NCBI GenBank assembly: GCA_016699365.1
Contig: CP064973.1
Location: forward strand, 365,684 to 429,683
From: Candidatus Nomurabacteria bacterium
Lineage (GTDB): Bacteria; Patescibacteriota; Minisyncoccia; Phycocordibacterales; UBA9973
Reading direction: 5' to 3'
DNA: 64,000 bases
Below, piece after piece: positions 58,489-64,000 of the stretch (the stretch's first letter is position 1; each line of letters begins with the position of its first letter). A model generated the notes under the pieces. It was not told the DNA's origin, did not search any database, and saw nothing but the letters and a program-made list of their open reading frames with translations. Both the position numbers and the translations under genes were made by a program.

Positions 58489-59235
58489 ATGTTAATAATT
58501 ATTGCTTTACTCATTGCCGCTGCTATTTTCTTAGGTGGCTTGTTTGCTTTAAAATTTAAAGATAAGTCACACTTGATTGTAGGTTTTAGTGCTGGAACAG
58601 TAGTCGGTGTTGCTTTCTTTGATCTTTTGCCTGAGGCTATTGAAATTGGTAATGCTCAGAATATAGACTACATAGCTACTATAGTTGCTGTCGGTTTTGT
58701 CATATATCTTTTAGTTGATAGGTTTTTTCATACACATTCTCATGGTGATATAGGCGGAGAGTGTCACGTTCATGAACATAAAAACGAGGATTCAAATAGA
58801 GGGGTAGTTAGGGCTTCTAGTATATCTATACATAGTTTGCTCGATGGTGTAGGTATTGGACTTGCATTTCAAGTTTCTAGTACATTGGGAGTGGTAGTTA
58901 CCTTGGCTGTGCTTGCTCACGGATTCTCTGATGGTATAAATACCGTATCTTCTATTATAAAAGATGGTGGAAGTAAGAATAAGGCATTCAGATGGCTTAT
59001 TGCAGATTCTGTTGCTCCAGCTGTAGGTATACTTTCTACATTATTTTTTAGTGTTACAGATAAAGCCTTGGCCATAGTCCTCGCTTTGTTTACAGGATTC
59101 TTCATCTATCTAGGTGCGAGCGATCTTGTTCCAGAGAGCTATCATTCGCATCCTACAAAATGGACTACAATACTGACACTTGCTGGTATGGGATTGATAT
59201 ATATTGTAATTAAAATAGCGCATTCAGCACATTAA
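58489..59235 (+). CDS. ZIP-family divalent metal transporter (ZupT-like)
   Basis: 8 TM helices, a His-rich loop (HTHSHGDIGGECHVHEH), and conserved HGFSDG and GxxxD motifs. Confidence 0.8.
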   Translation: MLIIIALLIAAAIFLGGLFALKFKDKSHLIVGFSAGTVVGVAFFDLLPEAIEIGNAQNIDYIATIVAVGFVIYLLVDRFFHTHSHGDIGGECHVHEHKNEDSNRGVVRASSISIHSLLDGVGIGLAFQVSSTLGVVVTLAVLAHGFSDGINTVSSIIKDGGSKNKAFRWLIADSVAPAVGILSTLFFSVTDKALAIVLALFTGFFIYLGASDLVPESYHSHPTKWTTILTLAGMGLIYIVIKIAHSAH

Positions 59236-59273
59236 AAAACGGGTTTTAAACCTGTTTTTGTTATAATATTTCT

Positions 59274-60440
59274 ATGTTTAAATTTTTTAAGATCAGTCTT
59301 GTTTTAATATGTTTTATATTACCTGGATTTTCTAATGCAAATACAGAAGACTCTCTCATCGAAGATACTGTAACCAGCTCTAAAGCTAAGGTTATCCAAG
59401 TAGTAAATAAAGAAGTGGATCTTGAGGATGGTGTTTTTGTAAACCCAGTTCATCAAGAAATTACAGCTCTTATAATAAGTGGGGAAGAAAAGGGGAAAGA
59501 AGTTTCTTTTATAAATGATTATATAGAGCTGAAAGAAGGCGAAATTTTTTACTTAAAACATGTAACAAACGAATATTTCAAAACAGATCATTATAGTGTT
59601 GAGGATCCATACAGAATACCAATTCTATATATTTTAATTGGACTTTTTATAATATCAGTTCTAGTTTTCGGTGGTATACAAGGATTGCGTGGATTGGTGA
59701 GTCTTTTTGGAAGTCTTTTCCTCATACTATATGTATTGATGCCTGCTATTTTGAATGGATATTCTCCAATAATGGTTTCCATAGGAGTTTCTTCTCTTAT
59801 TATTATTATCGGTTCATATGTTACTCACGGTTTCAACAAGACCACTACATCTGCTGTGATTGGTATGATTGTGACTGTTTTAATTACTGGAGTTTTGGCA
59901 TATTTATCTGTACATCTAACGAGTCTAACTGGTTTTTCTGATGAAGAATCTATTTATCTAAACTTCAATACGGGAGGGTCTATAGACTTTATAGGATTAT
60001 TGTTTGGAGGAATTATGATTGGTTTGCTTGGAGTTCTTTATGATGTCGCGATTGGGCAAGCAATTTCAGTAGAAGAACTTCACAGGATAGGTCCGCATGT
60101 TTCCCGGGTAAATATATATAAACGTGCTATTCGTATGGGGCGTGAACATATCGGTGCATTAGTAAACACGCTTGCAATTGCATATGTGGGTGCGTCACTG
60201 CCACTGTTACTACTTTTTTACTCTGTTAGTGGATTAGGCTCTCATGCACCGATTATAAACCAAGAAATATTTGCAGTAGAAATAGTACGTACAATGATAG
60301 GGTCTATAGGTCTTGTTTTGGCTGTACCAATAACCACATTGTTATCAGTTTTTATTTTAATGAAAAAACAAAAAGAGGGTAATTCAGAAATTGAAGAAAA
60401 GGAGATGGAAGAAATAAAAAACCACAAACATCATCATTAG
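59274..60440 (+). CDS. polytopic membrane protein, YibE/F-like (N-terminal extracellular domain + ~7 TM, C-terminal His tail)
   Basis: Topology and the GIQGLRGLVSLFGSLFLILYVLMPAI region resemble the YibE/F family. Low confidence. Confidence 0.35.
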   Translation: MFKFFKISLVLICFILPGFSNANTEDSLIEDTVTSSKAKVIQVVNKEVDLEDGVFVNPVHQEITALIISGEEKGKEVSFINDYIELKEGEIFYLKHVTNEYFKTDHYSVEDPYRIPILYILIGLFIISVLVFGGIQGLRGLVSLFGSLFLILYVLMPAILNGYSPIMVSIGVSSLIIIIGSYVTHGFNKTTTSAVIGMIVTVLITGVLAYLSVHLTSLTGFSDEESIYLNFNTGGSIDFIGLLFGGIMIGLLGVLYDVAIGQAISVEELHRIGPHVSRVNIYKRAIRMGREHIGALVNTLAIAYVGASLPLLLLFYSVSGLGSHAPIINQEIFAVEIVRTMIGSIGLVLAVPITTLLSVFILMKKQKEGNSEIEEKEMEEIKNHKHHH

Positions 60441-61072
60441 TTTTTAAATTCATTTATTTTCTCGAACAGTTCTTCTACTGTGTCTACAACAGCGAGTAAT
60501 TTTTCGTATTTTTCTCTCATAAAATATTCCCTGTCATGTGATCCCCAGGTCACAGCAATTGTTGGTATATTCAAAACCGAAGCTTCACGTATATCTCCAA
60601 CAGTATCTGTTATAAAAATAGTTTCACCTGCAGTTGTGTTGTATCTTTCCAATATTATTTTAAATTTTTCTACTTTACTCCTCCCAACCTCACTTGTTGC
60701 CATGAAGCTAAAACAGGGAAGTATTCCGGCGCGTTCTAGTAGTGGATTGCAGTTTCGCTCTCCAGCAGAAGTGTTGATTGCAAGTATGAGCCCTGAATCT
60801 TTTAGAGAGTGTATGAGTTCTGGCATGCCACTAAAAACCGGTAGTTTATTTTTACCTTCCGTATATGCATACTGTCGAGCCTTTTTCTCCTCAGGAGTTT
60901 CCTGTTTTCTTAGGTGTGCTATTTTTGCGGTTTCTTCAAAATAGTTTCCACACATTATTTCCTTTTGCATTTCGGGAGTTATTCCAGGATAAATGTTTTG
61001 TAGATTTTTTGCAGCATATCCAACACTGTCTACTATTACACCGTCTAGATCGAAGATGATTAGTTTTTTCAT
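60437..61072 (-). CDS. HAD-superfamily hydrolase (subfamily IA)
   Basis: Motif I IIFDLDGVIVDS, motif II (S/T) INTSAG, and the Lys/Asp motifs near the C-terminus. Confidence 0.7.
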   Translation of the reverse strand: MKKLIIFDLDGVIVDSVGYAAKNLQNIYPGITPEMQKEIMCGNYFEETAKIAHLRKQETPEEKKARQYAYTEGKNKLPVFSGMPELIHSLKDSGLILAINTSAGERNCNPLLERAGILPCFSFMATSEVGRSKVEKFKIILERYNTTAGETIFITDTVGDIREASVLNIPTIAVTWGSHDREYFMREKYEKLLAVVDTVEELFEKINEFKN

Positions 61073-61109
61073 ATTATATTTTTCATTGTGAATTTTAAGA
61101 TATTTAATT

Positions 61110-61901
61110 TTAGTTAGAAGAATATTTTTTTATAAAAAACTTTCCCTTTTCTGTTAATTCAATTTTATCTTTTGTTTTATCAATTTTTATTAATTCATTG
61201 GTATGAGAATAGACTAAAATATCTTTCGGTATCATAAATGTAGTCATATTGTTATAGCTGTCAAATTCTTTTATGTTTCCACTATGCAGATAAATTGAAT
61301 CTATAATTGATTCGAACTTTGAAAAATATGTTGAGTTAAAAAACTTTGCATACTCTTTTTCCCAAAGCATTTCAGGTGCTTCAGACGCAATTTTTTTCTC
61401 TTCTTTAATTTTCTGTAACTCCTGTTTAATTACTTCGGTCTCGTCTTTTATAAGTTCTGTCTTTTCTTTAGCTTCCTTTCTTGTTTCTTGAATCTCGATT
61501 ACTTTTAAAGCGATTTGGTTTTTTATACTTTTTCTGTAAAAGATTCTTGTAATTTTTGGAGAAACCCAAAAGAAAAAGAACGTCAAAAGTATTGGTAGTA
61601 TTAAAAAATTAAACCAATGATCCCAACTATATATAGAAGGAAAAATTGTTGATAAATATTCATTTCTTAGTACGTTATATTTATTATATATTTCTTCCTG
61701 ATTTATAAAGAAAGCGATATATATTATTTTCCAGTTAACCATCAGCCATGAAACTATGAAGTATCCATAAAAAGGTGAGGTAATACGTTCTTTTATCGCC
61801 AAATCAAATGAAGCAACGAATTCATTGTTATCTCCAAAAAAGTCTTTTATTGTTTGAGTAAATTTAGAAATCATAATTACATAACTTGTCGAGGCCTTCA
61901 A
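61110..61901 (-). CDS. hypothetical membrane protein with coiled-coil
   Basis: 263-aa ORF with TM helices plus a KE-rich coiled coil. No family recognised. Confidence 0.35.
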   Translation of the reverse strand: MKASTSYVIMISKFTQTIKDFFGDNNEFVASFDLAIKERITSPFYGYFIVSWLMVNWKIIYIAFFINQEEIYNKYNVLRNEYLSTIFPSIYSWDHWFNFLILPILLTFFFFWVSPKITRIFYRKSIKNQIALKVIEIQETRKEAKEKTELIKDETEVIKQELQKIKEEKKIASEAPEMLWEKEYAKFFNSTYFSKFESIIDSIYLHSGNIKEFDSYNNMTTFMIPKDILVYSHTNELIKIDKTKDKIELTEKGKFFIKKYSSN

Positions 61902-62103
61902 AGGTGGTATACATGGATTCGGTCACGAGTTACTAAGTCTGCTCGTATGAGTACACACTGCGCGGACTAAGTACTCTCGACCCCGACTCGGCGACAAGCA
62001 TTCTTCGCTTCACTCAGAATCTTGTATACCGCCTGCGTCTTTCGAATACATGTACCCTCATAGCTGATTTTTTAATATTAAAAAATATTCAAAAATCACC
62101 TTG

Positions 62104-62174
62104 CTGGGGTACATGGATTCGAACCACGATTAAAGGCTTCAAAGGCCTCTGTCCTACCATTAGACGATACCCCA
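62104..62174 (-). tRNA. tRNA-Gln (UUG)
   Basis: Minus-strand read TGGGGTA TC GTCT AATGGTA GGAC A GAGGC CTTTGAA GCCTT TAAT CGTGG TTCGAAT CCATG TACCCCA G. Confidence 0.8.
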
Positions 62175-62220
62175 ATATAATACGTTACGAACTCTACAAT
62201 AGTACAAAAAAGCACTTTTT

Positions 62221-62694
62221 TCAAGCTTTTTTGTAGTTTCGTATTAGGGGTATCAGATATTCAACAAGTTTTTCTAGATTTTCAAATTGTGGAATGTTGT
62301 ATTTTTCGGAGACTATATCTACATTACCTTTTCTCCAAAATCCCGACGGACATACGATTAGAAGTTTTCCGTCATGGGCAAACAGGCCTGTCTCGAGTAG
62401 TGAGATAGGGGACTTTGTTTTAGGGTCAAAATACATGATTATGTAATCGGATACTGTAAGAGAATTGAGCTCCCATTCTACCTGTTCTTTGAAGTCAGGG
62501 TTTTCTTTTGTTTGTTCCCAAGTAGAATTCCACGCATCTCGGCGAGGGTTTAAAAGTATTACATCTTCATCCTCAAGCATTTCAGAAACTTTTGTCTGCC
62601 AGTCTTCTGCGACACCCATTTCGATACTTCCAGCTAGAAATATTTTCGGTTTAGAATTTTCCGGTATTTTATGAGGCGCTTTTATCACTTCCAT
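62221..62694 (-). CDS. nucleoside 2-deoxyribosyltransferase-like protein
   Basis: N-terminal KIFLAGSIE and a mid-protein glutamate region (SLLETGLFAH) fit the NDT/Rcl-like fold. Moderate confidence. Confidence 0.45.
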   Translation of the reverse strand: MEVIKAPHKIPENSKPKIFLAGSIEMGVAEDWQTKVSEMLEDEDVILLNPRRDAWNSTWEQTKENPDFKEQVEWELNSLTVSDYIIMYFDPKTKSPISLLETGLFAHDGKLLIVCPSGFWRKGNVDIVSEKYNIPQFENLEKLVEYLIPLIRNYKKA

Positions 62695-62791
62695 ATATCT
62701 GTATTATATACCTTCATATATTGTGTTGCAAGTACACTAACAAAATGGCAAATTTAAAACCCCTCCGTTTATAGGGTAGGGGTTTGTATTT

Positions 62792-63100
62792 TTATTGCAT
62801 AACCTTGTAGCGCTGGTTAAACTGCGCTAATTTATTTTGCAGTACTTCAGGTGGAACTTTACCACCATACTGCTCTTTTAAAATAGCAACTTCCTCTTGC
62901 CATATATAGGCTTGAGTACGGAGCTCTTCTTTAGCTCTCTTCTTTAGCTCTGCAGTTTCGGGGTCGTCCTCCTTGGACTTCAAAGCTTCTGAAAAGCTTT
63001 TGATTCCAATAAAGATTACTCCAATCGCCAATATGACGATTACAATTGTTGATACCATCTCTCCAGTTCCGCTGGAGGCATACGCTATTATTTTTTCCAT
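62792..63100 (-). CDS. hypothetical small membrane protein
   Basis: One TM helix plus a charged helical tail. Length 102 aa. Confidence 0.3.
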   Translation of the reverse strand: MEKIIAYASSGTGEMVSTIVIVILAIGVIFIGIKSFSEALKSKEDDPETAELKKRAKEELRTQAYIWQEEVAILKEQYGGKVPPEVLQNKLAQFNQRYKVMQ

Positions 63101-63158
63101 ATAGTGCTATTTTTTAAAATCATAGCACATATAGAATATTTGTCAAATTAAAATCCCC

Positions 63159-63740
63159 TCAGCTAGTAGGGGATTTTTTGTACTTGAAATATGCTATGAG
63201 GCATATTATTGCCGACAGTGCTTGGTATGTTGAGAATATCGGATAGTAAACTTCTGTTTCTTCTACAAGACTATCTGTAATCTTTTCATACATCCACATA
63301 CTTACAGCAACGTGAGCTACTGTGTAGAATATCCATCCCAGAGCCTTTTTTCGGGCAATCATAGGGCCACCTACAACAAATCCAGCGATCACTATAAGCT
63401 GGTAATGCATGTATTCTACTTTGTGTATGAACTCTAGTGTAATAACCGTAAGTCCAGCAACAATAGCAAAAGCGGTAAAGATTCTATCGAACCATGTCTT
63501 CTGTACTACACCAGGGAACTTGTGCCATTTTATGAATCCGTATAAATAAAACAGGGTAGTACCAGCTTCTAATATTGCTAGTCCTGTATCTGGGTTTGGT
63601 ATATATAGATAGAAGAATACAGACAATAGTGCTGCCACGCCTCCAACCACCCAGCCTGCTATATTTTTCCTAAGCAAGAATAGCTTGCTAGTTAAATACA
63701 TAAGCAATAAACATATCTGAAAAAACAAGAACTTATCCAT
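63159..63740 (-). CDS. PnuC-like nicotinamide riboside transporter
   Basis: 7 TM helices and Trp/Tyr-rich motifs (RKNIAGWVVGG, LFYLYGFIKWHKF) resembling PnuC. Moderate to low confidence. Confidence 0.4.
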   Translation of the reverse strand: MDKFLFFQICLLLMYLTSKLFLLRKNIAGWVVGGVAALLSVFFYLYIPNPDTGLAILEAGTTLFYLYGFIKWHKFPGVVQKTWFDRIFTAFAIVAGLTVITLEFIHKVEYMHYQLIVIAGFVVGGPMIARKKALGWIFYTVAHVAVSMWMYEKITDSLVEETEVYYPIFSTYQALSAIICLIAYFKYKKSPTS

Positions 63741-63831
63741 GTAATGAATTTGTTTATAACTATACGTACTTTTCAGGAATAATCAATCTATTGGAAAATT
63801 TAAACCCCTGCATAGTGCAGGGGTTTTTGTT

Positions 63832-63999
63832 TTATATGTTTGCGAACCTTTTTTCGTGCATATATTTACACATGTATTCAGCGGTTTCTTTTGTGCCGAG
63901 TGTTTCGTATCTTCCATCTAAAAGGACATTTTCCACAGCGGATTCGATTAGGTCTGCGAACCACTGTTCTCCAATGTATTCAAGCATCATTTTTGCCGA
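63832..63999 (-). CDS. 3' fragment of a minus-strand gene running off the window (...MMLEYIGEQWFADLIESAVENVLLDGRYETLG...FANI*)
   Basis: Manual translation gives an open frame from the window edge down to a TAA stop at 63832-63834. It is followed by the terminator hairpin aaacccctgcatagtgcaggggttt. Confidence 0.35.
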   Translation of the reverse strand, partial: SAKMMLEYIGEQWFADLIESAVENVLLDGRYETLGTKETAEYMCKYMHEKRFANI

Positions 64000-64000
64000 A

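Overview
AT-rich (~35% GC) bacterial chromosome segment that uses the standard genetic code, since conserved genes are full length with TAA/TAG/TGA stops. By inference it looks like a small-genome CPR/Patescibacteria-type organism: ribosomal protein S5 is followed directly by L15 with no L30 gene, there is a zinc-type S14, a large type IV pilus/competence locus, and many small hypothetical membrane proteins.

Ordinary content, left to right:
- The tail of the spc ribosomal cluster: rpsN-rpsH-rplF-rplR-rpsE-rplO-secY-adk-map.
- A stand-alone VirD4/TraD-like coupling ATPase with a novel 500-aa N-terminal domain, then ndk.
- A beta-CASP hydrolase and a LOG-like protein, then infC-rpmI-rplT on the minus strand.
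- truB, and an AAA(NadR-like)-CYTH fusion.
- smpB followed by a clear tmRNA (ssrA) on the minus strand.
- ftsH, a tRNA-Ile with the rare UAU anticodon, a PAH-like aromatic hydroxylase and recG.
- A histidine kinase / response regulator / cupredoxin-like operon.
- comF, a complete type IV pilus locus (pilM/N/O, pilB, a CheY-like receiver, pilT, pilC, prepilin peptidase pilD, six pilin-like genes) and ligA.
- A huge secreted M23-peptidase/SBBP-repeat protein with a T9SS-type C-terminal sorting domain.
- gatCA, tRNA-Asp, tRNA-Met and tRNA-fMet, a vanY-like carboxypeptidase, tRNA-Thr, prfB, ftsEX and pyrG.
- A Zur-like regulator divergent from a ZIP transporter with a perfect palindromic operator between them.
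- A HAD hydrolase, tRNA-Gln, a nucleoside deoxyribosyltransferase-like gene and a PnuC-like gene.

The most unusual region is 26004-29831. A 3.6-kb segment carries an XRE regulator, an alpha/beta hydrolase, an ASCH-like protein and a large serine recombinase. It is organised around a GC-rich, hairpin-dense 327-bp unit (27794-28120). The two halves of that unit recur as perfect or near-perfect inverted copies at the two outer ends (26004-26214 and 29520-29639). The right end overlaps the CCA end of a type-II tRNA whose anticodon loop is aberrant. This is a circular-permutation signature. It is consistent with an integrated or misassembled small circular recombinase element, or with a nested invertible switch.

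Also noted: a conserved ~50-bp box repeated upstream of two unrelated minus-strand genes, a promoter-to-terminator leader/sRNA candidate, and a perfect 166-bp tandem duplication inside the SBBP-repeat gene.
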